The notes under the pieces were generated by a model, which did not search any database, was not told where the DNA came from, and saw only the letters and a program-made list of their open reading frames with translations. A program made the translations under genes and the position numbers. DNA of 64,000 bases from an uncultured Chloroflexia bacterium (GTDB lineage: Bacteria; Chloroflexota; Limnocylindria; Limnocylindrales; CSP1-4): NCBI GenBank assembly GCA_963752475.1, contig CAVVYR010000006.1, positions 32,001 to 96,000 of the forward strand, given 5' to 3'. This document shows positions 30,441 to 39,903 of the stretch, piece by piece (within the stretch, counting starts at the first letter, position 1; each line of letters opens with the position of its first letter).

Positions 30441-32393
30441 CTAGGCCAGCGGGATGAAGACGGCGACGTCGAGGATGATCAGCGCGAACAGCGCCGTCAG
30501 GTAGGTGATCGAGAACTTGTACATCTTGACCGCACGCGCGTCCGTGCCCTCGCGGGCCATGGCGAAGGCCTGGAACAGGAAGAGCCCGCCCAGCACCAGC
30601 GCGCCACCCAGGAACAGCAGCCCCATCTCGGCGATGGCGAAGAAGATCAGGGTGAGCGCGACCATCAGCACCGAGTAGAGCGCGATCTCCTGCGTCGTCC
30701 GCTTCACGCCGTGTGTCACCGGCAGCATGGGCACGTTGGCGGCCTTGTAGTCGTCCTTGATGCGCAGTGCCAGCGCCCAGAAGTGTGGCGGCGTCCAGTA
30801 GAAGACGATGAGGAAGAGGAACACCGCCGGCAGCGCGATGTTGCCCGTGACCGCGGCCCAGCCGATCATCGGGGGCAACGCCCCGGCCGCTCCGCCGATG
30901 ACGATGTTCTGCGGCGTCGAGCGCTTGAGCAGCAGCGTGTAGACGATGACGTAGAAGGCGATGGCCAGGAGCGCGAGGAAGGCCGCCACGAGGTTGGTCG
31001 TGAAGGCCAGCCAGGTGAACGAAACGACCGTGAGGACGAGTCCGAAGAGGAGTGCGTCCTGCGGCTCGATCGAGTGCGCCGGCAGTGGCCGACGCTGCGT
31101 CCGCACCATGAGCATGTCGATGTCGCGGTCGATGTAGTTGTTGATGGCGTTGGCGGCGCCCGCGGCCACCGAGCCACCGATGAGCGTGGCGATGACGAGC
31201 CACGTGAACTCCGCCGGCGAGATGCCCTCGGTGAAGCGCCAGGCGAGGACCATCGCGGGCACGGTCGTGACCAGCAGCAGCTCGATGATGCGCGGCTTGG
31301 TCAGCGCGATGTAGGCACGCGCCTTGGCGCGGAAGGGTACGGCGTTGGAGACAGGCTCGGCCGGGCTGTCAGATGGCCCGGCAGCGGCCTCGACCTCGTC
31401 CAGGAGCTCGCCGTTCGCTGGAGCGACCTCGCCCACGCGAGCGTCGTACCAGGCGTAGAGCGTGCCTGCAGCCATCAGGCCCCAGATGGCACCACCGAGC
31501 GCGAGGTGTGCGGAGACGGCCCAAGCCGCCAGCGTGGTCCAGATCTGGAAGGCGCCGACCACGACCTGCACGACGTATAGCGCGGCTGCGGTGCCGACGA
31601 GGCTGAAGAGCCGGTTGGCCGACGCCGACCGGGCTTCACCCTCTGACGCGGCGTCTCGGGCCGCACGCCAGGTCACGATCGTGGCCCAGAGCATGATCAG
31701 GCCCACGATGGCAGCCACGATGCGATGCGCGAAGTGGTGCATCTGGAGTAGCGCCGCGTCAGGGTTCTCGTTCCAGGTGGGGATGAGCTGGCCGTCGAAC
31801 AGCGGCCAGTCGGGGAAGACGAGCGAGGCGGCATTCACGGTCACGTTGGAGCCGAACAGCATCAGCACGTAGATCGAGGCCGCGGCGAACGCGACGATGA
31901 GCGTCATGCGCTGGGAGCCGCCACCCATGGGCAGCTCGACCGGGTAGCGCGAGCGGACGAAGACGAAGATGGCCGCGCCCAGCAGGATCATCGAGGTCGC
32001 GAGGTGCGCGGTCACCGACTCGTTGGAGTTCATCGACTCCACGGTCCACCTGCCCAGCAGGGCCTGGAAGCCGGTGAGCAGGATCAGCACGACCGAAGCC
32101 ACGACGATCGAGCGGGTCTGCCGATGGTGCCGCCATGCCTGGACCCCCAGCCAGAGCACGAGGAATCCGATGATGACGCCCCACCAGCGGTGGATCGACT
32201 CGATCCAGTCCGCACGGTCCCAGGCGTTCGGCCCGTCGAGGGCTGGGATGATGGCGCCGCGACAAAGCGGCCAGTCGCCACAACCGAGCCCCGATCCGGT
32301 GCTACGCACGATGACGCCGATGACGACCATCACGTAGACCGCGACGATGGTGGTGAGTGCCAGCTTCTGGAAGCTGGTCAACCTTGGGTTCAT
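30441..32393 (-). CDS. ctaB: Fused heme A synthase (CtaA) and heme O synthase (CtaB)
   Basis: N-terminal GSGLGCGDWPLC, ESIHR, HFAHR; C-terminal LTKPRIIELLL, NNYIDRDID..M.RT..RPL, WTPPHFWAL. Confidence 0.92.
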   Translation of the reverse strand: MNPRLTSFQKLALTTIVAVYVMVVIGVIVRSTGSGLGCGDWPLCRGAIIPALDGPNAWDRADWIESIHRWWGVIIGFLVLWLGVQAWRHHRQTRSIVVASVVLILLTGFQALLGRWTVESMNSNESVTAHLATSMILLGAAIFVFVRSRYPVELPMGGGSQRMTLIVAFAAASIYVLMLFGSNVTVNAASLVFPDWPLFDGQLIPTWNENPDAALLQMHHFAHRIVAAIVGLIMLWATIVTWRAARDAASEGEARSASANRLFSLVGTAAALYVVQVVVGAFQIWTTLAAWAVSAHLALGGAIWGLMAAGTLYAWYDARVGEVAPANGELLDEVEAAAGPSDSPAEPVSNAVPFRAKARAYIALTKPRIIELLLVTTVPAMVLAWRFTEGISPAEFTWLVIATLIGGSVAAGAANAINNYIDRDIDMLMVRTQRRPLPAHSIEPQDALLFGLVLTVVSFTWLAFTTNLVAAFLALLAIAFYVIVYTLLLKRSTPQNIVIGGAAGALPPMIGWAAVTGNIALPAVFLFLIVFYWTPPHFWALALRIKDDYKAANVPMLPVTHGVKRTTQEIALYSVLMVALTLIFFAIAEMGLLFLGGALVLGGLFLFQAFAMAREGTDARAVKMYKFSITYLTALFALIILDVAVFIPLA

Positions 32394-32477
32394 GAACGTC
32401 GCGATCGTACCAGCGCTCAGGATCGATCGTGAGTCCGTGCCCTGCGAAGCTCGCGCGTCGGCGCTATTTTGGCCCTG

Positions 32478-33494
32478 ATGCACCTCGATCCTCAGCGCTC
32501 CGCGACCGCCCTGCTCACCGGTGTCCTGATGGTCGGTGCCTGCACCGCGACCGAGGAGGCCACGCCCACGCCCCAGCCCGAAGCCGCCACGGGCCAGACC
32601 GTCGCGGCGGCCGAGATGCCGGCCTGCTCGACGTCCGAAGGCGCAGCCGGCGACATCCCCGACTGGCCCTTGATGAGCTCAACCGAGCCGGACTTCCTGC
32701 CGGTGGTGATGTCGTCGCTGGTGACGGGCGGCTACAACCGCTTCCTCTACAACGTCTACGACGCCTCCTACCGCCAGCTGGCGGCACCGGGGGTCGCCAG
32801 CCGTGTCGATTTCTACGCCCTCGAGCGCGACCCCCAGGAGCCCGTTGCTCGCACCGGCGCCACCTACCTCAGCTCCGGCCTGAGTCGCGGGCTGTATCGC
32901 ACGGAGGTCGAGTTCGACTGCCTCGGCGAGTGGGGTGCGGAGGTCTTCGTCGAGGGCGACGACGGTGAGTGGTTGAGCGAGCGACTGCGTTTCGCGGTCC
33001 ACCCGCTCGGCAGCACACCGGCCATCGGGGCAGCCCCGCCGCTATCGGACAGCCTCACCGCCACGACCGCGGACGAGGTCGCGCGGATCTCGACCGATCT
33101 GAACCCGTACCTGCCCGCCTACGACAAGACCGTGGCGGAGACGGTGACTTCGGGGGCGCCGTCGCTGGTCTTCTTCGCCACGCCCGCGTTCTGCCAGACC
33201 GGCTTCTGCGGACCCACCGTCGAGCTGGTCAAGTCCGTGGCCAAGGAGCATCCCGAAGCGCTCGAGTTCGTCAACGTCGAGCCCTACCACCTGCAGATGA
33301 CCGAGAACGGTCTGCAGCCGCTGCTCAGCGACGACGGTCAGCTACAGCCGGTCGACGCCGCCCTGGAGTGGGGCATCCCCGTCGAGCCGTACCTCTTCCT
33401 GCTCGATGCCGAGGGCAAGGTCTTCGCCAAGTTCGAGGGCATCGTGGGCGGCGACGAGCTCCGGGCCGCCGTGGCGGACGTCCTCGCCGCCTAG
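32478..33494 (+). CDS. Lipoprotein with C-terminal thioredoxin-like fold
   Basis: Lipobox VGAC; FATPAFCQTGFCGP; WGIPVEPYLFLLD...KFEG. Confidence 0.7.
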   Translation: MHLDPQRSATALLTGVLMVGACTATEEATPTPQPEAATGQTVAAAEMPACSTSEGAAGDIPDWPLMSSTEPDFLPVVMSSLVTGGYNRFLYNVYDASYRQLAAPGVASRVDFYALERDPQEPVARTGATYLSSGLSRGLYRTEVEFDCLGEWGAEVFVEGDDGEWLSERLRFAVHPLGSTPAIGAAPPLSDSLTATTADEVARISTDLNPYLPAYDKTVAETVTSGAPSLVFFATPAFCQTGFCGPTVELVKSVAKEHPEALEFVNVEPYHLQMTENGLQPLLSDDGQLQPVDAALEWGIPVEPYLFLLDAEGKVFAKFEGIVGGDELRAAVADVLAA

Positions 33495-34447
33495 CGCCAG
33501 CGACGGCTGCCGCGGTCCTTGCGGCTGGGGAGCGCGCGACCCACGAGGTCCCGGACATCTGCCACCTCCTGCGCGTCACCCCACGCTCCCAGCTCCTGGC
33601 CCAGACGGCCGGGGAGTGACGGATCGGCCAGCACGGCCGTGGCCATGCCGACCGCACTGGCACCGGCAGCGAGGTAGTCGAGCACGTCGTCGAGCGAGGC
33701 GGCGCCACCGGCACCGATGATCGGCACCTTGACCACCTGTGCGACCTCGTAGACGAGGCGCAGCCCGAGCGTCTTGGTGGCCGGGCCCGAGAGCCAGCCG
33801 TACGTGGACCCCAGGATCGGCCCGGAACGGTCTTCGCTGAGCACCAGTGCCCGAGTGCTGCCGCTGAGGCTGATGACATCGGCACCCGCCGCGACCACGG
33901 CCCGAGCCACCGTCCGGATATCGGTCGCAGCCCCGCTGAGCTTGACGATGAGCGGCAGGTCGGTGGCGGCCCGGGCGGCCACGGTCGCGATCTCGCTGGC
34001 CTCGACATCGAGGCCGATGGGCTCGCCGCGTCGGCTCCGGTCGGGGCATTCGAGGCTCAGCTCCATGCCAGCCACGTCCGGCTGCATCTCCAGCGTTCGG
34101 GCCAGCGCCGCGATGTCCTCGGCATCCTCGGCGCAAACGCTCACGATGACGGGCACATCGCTCGCGGCCCAAGCCGGGCCCTGCCGCCGCAGGACCGCCT
34201 CGAGCCCCGGGTTGGGCAGGCCGATGGCGTGGAGCAAGCCGTCGGGGAGCGGCGCCATCCGCGGTGCGGGGGCACCCCGACGCGCCTCGCGGGTGACGCT
34301 GCGGGTGACCAACGCTCCCGGCTGCAGCTCCCCGACGGAGCCAAGCAGCTCGATCCCGTAGCCTGCGCCACCAGCCGCGACGATGAGCGGGTGGCGCAGG
34401 CGAAGCCCGCCATGGCGACCAGGTGCGAGGTCCTGCCGCAGCCTCAC
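33491..34447 (-). CDS. Dihydroorotate dehydrogenase family 1B catalytic-subunit homolog, divergent
   Basis: AIGLPNPG, ECPD, LIVKLS, LSGPA.K, PIIGAGG; several substrate-binding Asn replaced. Confidence 0.8.
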   Translation of the reverse strand: MRLRQDLAPGRHGGLRLRHPLIVAAGGAGYGIELLGSVGELQPGALVTRSVTREARRGAPAPRMAPLPDGLLHAIGLPNPGLEAVLRRQGPAWAASDVPVIVSVCAEDAEDIAALARTLEMQPDVAGMELSLECPDRSRRGEPIGLDVEASEIATVAARAATDLPLIVKLSGAATDIRTVARAVVAAGADVISLSGSTRALVLSEDRSGPILGSTYGWLSGPATKTLGLRLVYEVAQVVKVPIIGAGGAASLDDVLDYLAAGASAVGMATAVLADPSLPGRLGQELGAWGDAQEVADVRDLVGRALPSRKDRGSRRWR

Positions 34448-35313
34448 GAGCGTGGCTCCCAGCGAAGCTCGGAGGCCGCGAAGGCCGGCCCTTCGCGGCA
34501 GATGCGAAGCGGCCCGTCGGCGCCGCCGATGGTGCAGCCGGCACAGACACCCAGCGCGCAGCCGGCTTCGTGCCGCAGCGCGACCTGCAGCCAGGCCTTG
34601 CGGCGGGCGTCAGCGCCACTGTTCTCGGACCGGCGTCCGCGTCGTCGTCCCAGCCGGGCCACGCCCATGCGTCCGTCGCGGCCCTTGGCCAGCTCAGCGA
34701 GCCGGGCCACGAGCGCGTCCGACCCGGCACCGAAACACTGGTCGGCCCAGGCCTCGTACTCGATCACCAGCTCGGCCACCTCGCCACGGTGCCCGAGCGA
34801 GCCGTCGGCGGTGGCCACCACGTACTCGGCCTCATCGGGCAGGAGCGAGGAGGGATAGACCTCCGCGACCGATCGGGCACCCAGCAGGACCGTGACCTGT
34901 CTCCCGCCCGCGACGGCCTCATCGACCACCGCGCGTACGCGCCCGAAGCCATCGACGTCTGCGACCACCAGCAGGTAGCGGCTCCGCGGGTCGATGGCGA
35001 ACCCTCGTCCGAGCGGCCCCTCGAATCGCGCCACATCACCGGTGCGCGCACGCGTCAGCGGCTCGGCCGAGCCCATCAGCGTCGTCACCGAGCCCGCCAC
35101 ACGGTCGTACCCGCTGACCGGCACGACCGGCAGCAGCAGACCCGGCCGCCGCGGTGCCAGCAGGTGCAGGAACTGTCCCGGTCGCACGCTGCGCGCGATC
35201 GCGGGCGCGTCCCAGGTCAGCAGGTGCCGGCCGGGCGTGACCTCACGCGTCTCGAGGAGGCGGACCTCCCCGCCGGGGTCAGTCGTCGGTCGCGGCGCCG
35301 TCGTCCCCGCCAT
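34444..35313 (-). CDS. PyrK-like electron transfer subunit (FAD, 2Fe-2S)
   Basis: RPGQF, GPLGRGF, TADGSLG, CALGVCAGC...C.EGP. Confidence 0.85.
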   Translation of the reverse strand: MAGTTAPRPTTDPGGEVRLLETREVTPGRHLLTWDAPAIARSVRPGQFLHLLAPRRPGLLLPVVPVSGYDRVAGSVTTLMGSAEPLTRARTGDVARFEGPLGRGFAIDPRSRYLLVVADVDGFGRVRAVVDEAVAGGRQVTVLLGARSVAEVYPSSLLPDEAEYVVATADGSLGHRGEVAELVIEYEAWADQCFGAGSDALVARLAELAKGRDGRMGVARLGRRRGRRSENSGADARRKAWLQVALRHEAGCALGVCAGCTIGGADGPLRICREGPAFAASELRWEPRS

Positions 35314-36166
35314 CCTCGTCGGTCAACTCGGGCGCGACCTCGGGGTACGAGTCGGCGATGGCCTCGGCCAGGTCGCCGAAGAGGTCGGTGGGATCGTAGA
35401 ACTGGACCATATCGTCCGACGTGGCCAGCGGCTGCCAGTCGAGCTCACCTTCAGCCGCGCCTTCGCCGTCGGGCTCGGGCAGGACCTCGCCTTCGATGGC
35501 GCCGGTCGCCCGCAGCCACAGTCGCTCGTCATCGTCATCGACGAACTTGCTGTCACCGAGCATCGCCGCGGCCGGTGCGGCCCGATCGGCGAAGTCATCG
35601 ATGAGGCGGGCCTGCTCGAACTGACTGCCCTCCTGGAAGGTCAGCGCCAGGTCGTACATCAGGCGCGCCGCGTCCTGCTGGTCCGTTGGCGCCAGTGGCG
35701 TGCGATCGAGCCAGGCGTAGACCTCGTCGGGCTCGGGCGCGTCGTCGGGCGACTCCGACGATCCTTCTGCCGCTGTTTCGACCACGTCCTCGTCTTCGGC
35801 CTCCTCGTCGGCTTCGGCCGGGCCCGCGATCTCGGCCTCGGCAGCATCGACGAAGGCGGCGTAGAGATCGGCCGGGTTGTAGATCTCGACGAGCTCGGCG
35901 CCATCCTCGATGTCGTCGGTCTCCGAGCGCCACTCCCCGGTCTCGTCCTGGTAGCGGGTGCGCGAGCGGAACGCGCCCTCGGGCGAGATGTAGAGATAGT
36001 CCGGCTCATCGTCGATGAGCACGAGCCCATCGAGGTCCTTGAGGCGGGACTTGTTGGCCTCGAGGAAGCGGACGAACTGGCGGCCCGCATCGGTCAGGAA
36101 GTCGTCGCGGCGCCGACCGGCATCGGCCGCGAGCTCCTCCAGCACAGAGGCACGCTTGTCGCTCAT
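35279..36166 (-). CDS. Hypothetical highly acidic protein with internal duplication
   Basis: Gene-like codon usage, AGGAG RBS; repeats VEIYNPADLYAAFVDA / VQFYDPTDLFGDLAEA. Confidence 0.75.
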   Translation of the reverse strand: MSDKRASVLEELAADAGRRRDDFLTDAGRQFVRFLEANKSRLKDLDGLVLIDDEPDYLYISPEGAFRSRTRYQDETGEWRSETDDIEDGAELVEIYNPADLYAAFVDAAEAEIAGPAEADEEAEDEDVVETAAEGSSESPDDAPEPDEVYAWLDRTPLAPTDQQDAARLMYDLALTFQEGSQFEQARLIDDFADRAAPAAAMLGDSKFVDDDDERLWLRATGAIEGEVLPEPDGEGAAEGELDWQPLATSDDMVQFYDPTDLFGDLAEAIADSYPEVAPELTDEDGGDDGAATDD

Positions 36167-36193
36167 GGGTTCTCCTTGTCGGTGCTCGATGCG

Positions 36194-36520
36194 CTAGGGG
36201 ATGAACTCGAGGTCTTCGGTCATCCGTTCGCGCAGGATCATCACGTGGTGGCGCTCGAACATCCACTCACCGGCGCGGTGGCCGATGGCGCGGGAGCGGG
36301 GGTCCCCTTCGAGCTTGTCGATGGTCGCGAAGTCAGGCACCTGCAGGAGCATGACGTTGTCGAAGTCCCAGCCGTAGGCCACGTTGTACCAGCCGAGGAA
36401 GCGCATGCCGAACTCCTTCTCGTAGCGTTCGACCTGCAGCGGGAAGAGCTTCTGCATGAAGAACTTGAAGAAAGGGTCACGCCCGCGGCGAACCGAGAAG
36501 AAAGTGGCCAGGACCGGCAC
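36194..36520 (-). CDS. Small hypothetical protein, possibly NIPSNAP/dimeric alpha-beta barrel
   Basis: GGAG RBS plus GTG; YEKEFGMRFLGWYNVAYG; fold is a guess. Confidence 0.65.
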   Translation of the reverse strand: MPVLATFFSVRRGRDPFFKFFMQKLFPLQVERYEKEFGMRFLGWYNVAYGWDFDNVMLLQVPDFATIDKLEGDPRSRAIGHRAGEWMFERHHVMILRERMTEDLEFIP

Positions 36521-36570
36521 GTCGTCTCCATCTATGAGTCGTTGGATTGTCGCACGCAGCGACGGTGGGA

Positions 36571-37056
36571 CTAGCGGTCCAGCCGTGCGAGCAGTGTGTC
36601 CACGAGCGCGACCTGCGCCGGGTTCATGGCCACGCGAGCCTGTTCGGGTGTGAACCAGTCGACCCGGTCGACCTCCGGCACCTCGATGAAGATGCCCGAT
36701 CGTGGCGGCCACTCCATCTGGTAGGTATTGGAGCGAGCCTCATCGGGGTCGAGGTCGCCCTCGAGGGCCCAGGCATGGACGGTCTTGCCGCCGCGCTGCT
36801 TGATGCTGCCGAGCGCGAGGAGCCGGGAGCTCGAGCCCACGACGTGGCCGGTCTCCTCGCTGAACTCCCGCTTGGCCACGTCGACGAGCTGCTCGCCGGC
36901 TTCGACCTGGCCCTTGGGGATGGACCACGCACCGACGTCCTTCTTCTCGAAGTAGGGGCCACCCGGATGGCCCAGCAGGACCTCGACACCCGCGGGGGTG
37001 CGGCGGTAGAGCAGGATGCCCGCGCTCGTGCGCGTGCGGGAGACGGCGTCAGCCAT
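36571..37056 (-). CDS. NUDIX hydrolase
   Basis: SAGILLYR, HPGGP, WSIPKG, AKREFSEETG, PEVDR. Confidence 0.9.
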   Translation of the reverse strand: MADAVSRTRTSAGILLYRRTPAGVEVLLGHPGGPYFEKKDVGAWSIPKGQVEAGEQLVDVAKREFSEETGHVVGSSSRLLALGSIKQRGGKTVHAWALEGDLDPDEARSNTYQMEWPPRSGIFIEVPEVDRVDWFTPEQARVAMNPAQVALVDTLLARLDR

Positions 37057-37642
37057 CGGCCGGCTTCTCCTCGCTGGGCTCGGTCGGGGGATCGGCGCCC
37101 GCCGCTGAGGCCTCGGTGGCGGGCGGGGCCGGTGTCGCGGTCTGCGACGTGGCGCCCGCTGCTGCATCCTCCGGTGCCGCGTCCTCCATCTGGCCCACGG
37201 TCGGCTTGGCGGTCGTGCTCAGGGGCGTCCGGCGCGAGCGTCGGTCGGCCGCCACGAGGCGTAGCAGGAAGATGATCGTCTGGCCGCTGAAGAGCAGCAG
37301 GATGAGCGTGAGGATGAGCAGGATCGCGCTGATGGTGGGGTCCCAGCCCCAGGTCACGGTCAGCGGCGTGAGGACCAGGAAGAACGTCAGCAGCCCGATC
37401 TGGATCCAAAAGCAGCCCAACCCCGGACCGCGCTCGGCATCGAGCGGCTCGCCCTTGTACTCGGGCATCTGGCCCGACGGCGTCGCCGATGTGGCTGCCT
37501 CATCGTCGCCCGGAGTGGGCCCTTCGGCTGCCTCGACCTCGTGCGGGCGGGCAGCGACCGTCGGCACGTCCACGGGGGCCTCGGTTTCGGGCGTGGGCGT
37601 CTCGAGCTCTGACGCCGCAGCGTCGGTGGTTCGTTCGGGCAC
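37049..37642 (-). CDS. Hypothetical membrane protein
   Basis: Two central TM helices with acidic/Pro-rich flanks. Confidence 0.7.
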   Translation of the reverse strand: MPERTTDAAASELETPTPETEAPVDVPTVAARPHEVEAAEGPTPGDDEAATSATPSGQMPEYKGEPLDAERGPGLGCFWIQIGLLTFFLVLTPLTVTWGWDPTISAILLILTLILLLFSGQTIIFLLRLVAADRRSRRTPLSTTAKPTVGQMEDAAPEDAAAGATSQTATPAPPATEASAAGADPPTEPSEEKPADG

Positions 37643-37765
37643 GGGTGAATCCTACGCTGTGGCCATCGAACCGGCGCACGCGACCTGCGGCCGGGGGTCG
37701 GTCGGCCCTTGTCCGTCGTGCTAGGCCGTCCGATGATGGGTCCAGCCGCACCGGGGGAAGTCCAC

Positions 37766-38296
37766 ATGCCATGCGAAGGCCCTGTCCACTACCGCCGAGC
37801 CACGACCGCCGATGCCGAGGGCATCGCCAAGGTCCACATCGAGGGCTGGCAGCGAGCGTATGAGGAGCTCGTCCCGCCCGAGTACCTTGCCCGCAAATCG
37901 TCGCGTGGGCGTGCGGAGTTCTGGCGCGGGGAACTCGAGTTGGAGGCCGCGGACCGCAAGCCCTGGGTGGCTGTCGACGAAGAGCAGGTCATCGGCTTCG
38001 CGGATGGCGGCATCGCGCGCGACGACGATCTGGACTCCGGCACCGGTGAGGTCTACACGCTCTTCGTGACGCCCGAGTGTTGGGAGAAGGGCATCCGCTC
38101 GCGCCTCGTCGATCACGCCTCCCGCGACCTGCGCGAGCACGACTTCCGGCGGGCGGTGTTCTGGGTATTGGAGGCCGACCTCGTCATGCGCGCCTTCGCT
38201 GAGTACACCGGCTGGCGAGCGGATGGTCACCGGCGAGAGGAAGACTGCGGTGGCACCAGCGTGACCGAGCTGCGCTACGCCAAGGACCTCGTCTGA
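37766..38296 (+). CDS. GNAT family acetyltransferase
   Basis: RRATTADAEGIAKVH..W..AY, EVYTLFV.P..W.KGI, WVLE. Confidence 0.85.
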   Translation: MPCEGPVHYRRATTADAEGIAKVHIEGWQRAYEELVPPEYLARKSSRGRAEFWRGELELEAADRKPWVAVDEEQVIGFADGGIARDDDLDSGTGEVYTLFVTPECWEKGIRSRLVDHASRDLREHDFRRAVFWVLEADLVMRAFAEYTGWRADGHRREEDCGGTSVTELRYAKDLV

Positions 38297-38369
38297 CCGC
38301 TCGGCGAAGACCGTGGCGAGCGACTGACCCACCGACGGCGATCCCCGTCACATCTCGGGGTCGTTCGGG

Positions 38370-39290
38370 CTAGCCAGACGGTGGTGGGGCGATCTCCGTG
38401 CCCCGTCGGTCGGTGATGTTCACGCCGACGGCGGCGATGGTGACGAGGGCCACCGAGATCAGCGCCATGGGCGGCAGGGTCTGGCTGAGGATGATGGCGC
38501 CGACGATGACGGCCACCACGGGCTCAAGCGTCACCATCACGCCGTAGGCCCGCGCGGTCATCCGCTTGAGCGCCTCGAACTCCAGCGATAGCGGCAGGGC
38601 GGTGGACAACGTCGCGACCGCCAGCGCGCCGGCGAGGAGCCACGGGTCCAGCCGCTCCAGACCGCCGGCCACCAAGGCGAAGGGCAGGGTGAAGAGGCTG
38701 GCCACGACCATGGCCAGGGCCAACCCTGCGTCACCGACGTCCTGCGCCACACGTGGGCTGACGAGCACGAAGCTGGCCCAACCGAGACCGGCGAGGAGGG
38801 CCAGCACGACGCCGACGGGGTCGAGGCTGCTGCCGACGTCCGGCGTCAGCAGCACCAGCCCGGCGCCGGCGAGGATGATCCACACGAACTCCCGGGGCCG
38901 ACGCGACGTCAGGGCCGCCACGCCGAGCGGCCCGATGAACTCGATGGCCACCGCGATCCCCAGCGGGATGCGGGCGATGGCGCCGTAGAAGGCGAGGTTC
39001 ATCAGGCCGATGACGACACCGAAGAGCAGCAGCAGACCGAGGTGTCCGCCGGCCCGGGCGTCGATCTGGTGTCGCCTGGCGACGATGAGCAGCATCGCGG
39101 CGAAGGCGAGGCGCAGGAACGTCACCGCTGCCGGTCCGAGTGTGTCGAACAGCCCGACCGCGATGGCGGCACCGAACTGGATCGAGACGATCGAGGTCAG
39201 CACCAGCGCCGGCGGCGGCACCGCCGAAGCGGCCCGGGTCAATGAAGCAGCAAGTCCCTCTGGCTCGGACGACTGCGGCGGCAGGGGCAT
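38370..39290 (-). CDS. EamA transporter, RhtA-like
   Basis: SIQFGAAIA, MNLAFY, PLGIAVAIEFIGPL, LEPVVA. Confidence 0.88.
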   Translation of the reverse strand: MPLPPQSSEPEGLAASLTRAASAVPPPALVLTSIVSIQFGAAIAVGLFDTLGPAAVTFLRLAFAAMLLIVARRHQIDARAGGHLGLLLLFGVVIGLMNLAFYGAIARIPLGIAVAIEFIGPLGVAALTSRRPREFVWIILAGAGLVLLTPDVGSSLDPVGVVLALLAGLGWASFVLVSPRVAQDVGDAGLALAMVVASLFTLPFALVAGGLERLDPWLLAGALAVATLSTALPLSLEFEALKRMTARAYGVMVTLEPVVAVIVGAIILSQTLPPMALISVALVTIAAVGVNITDRRGTEIAPPPSG

Positions 39291-39305
39291 GGAGGGCCGG
39301 GGCGC

Positions 39306-39863
39306 CTAGCCCAGCAGCACGACCTCGTCAGCCTCGGCACCGTCCTCGGTCAACCGGATCTCGATGCGTTCCTCGCGGGCGGTGGGTACGTTCTTGCCCA
39401 CGTGATCGGCGCGGATGGGGATCTCGCGGTGGCCGCGATCGACCAGCACCGCCAGGCGCACCGCCGCCGGGCGGCCGTGGTCCATCAGCGCATCCAGCCC
39501 GGCGCGGGCGGTGCGGCCGGTGAAGAGCACGTCGTCGACCAGCACCACCGTCGTCACGGCCGGGTCGAACGGCCGCAGCCCCGGCGCCGGGATGACCGCC
39601 GCGGCATCCGCGTCGAACACGCCGTCGCGATCGTCGCGATAGGGGGTGACGTCGAGCGCCACGACCGGCACGGCCACGCCCTCGCGGGCCTCGATGGCTG
39701 CGGCCAATCGCGCCGCCAGTGCCGGCCCCCGATGCTCGATGCCCACGAAGGCCAGGCCCTCCGCGCCACCATGCTTCTCCACGATCTCGTGGCTGACGCG
39801 CACGAGCGCTCGGCGCACATCGTCGGCTGACATGATCTGGCGGGCGGTCACGGTCGTCTCCAC
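39306..39863 (-). CDS. pyrR: Pyrimidine regulatory protein / uracil phosphoribosyltransferase
   Basis: [38 protein letters not shown]. Confidence 0.92.
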   Translation of the reverse strand: METTVTARQIMSADDVRRALVRVSHEIVEKHGGAEGLAFVGIEHRGPALAARLAAAIEAREGVAVPVVALDVTPYRDDRDGVFDADAAAVIPAPGLRPFDPAVTTVVLVDDVLFTGRTARAGLDALMDHGRPAAVRLAVLVDRGHREIPIRADHVGKNVPTAREERIEIRLTEDGAEADEVVLLG

Positions 39864-39903
39864 CTCGCCAGCCTAGCCCATCCCCCTGGCTCGCTGATGG
39901 GGT

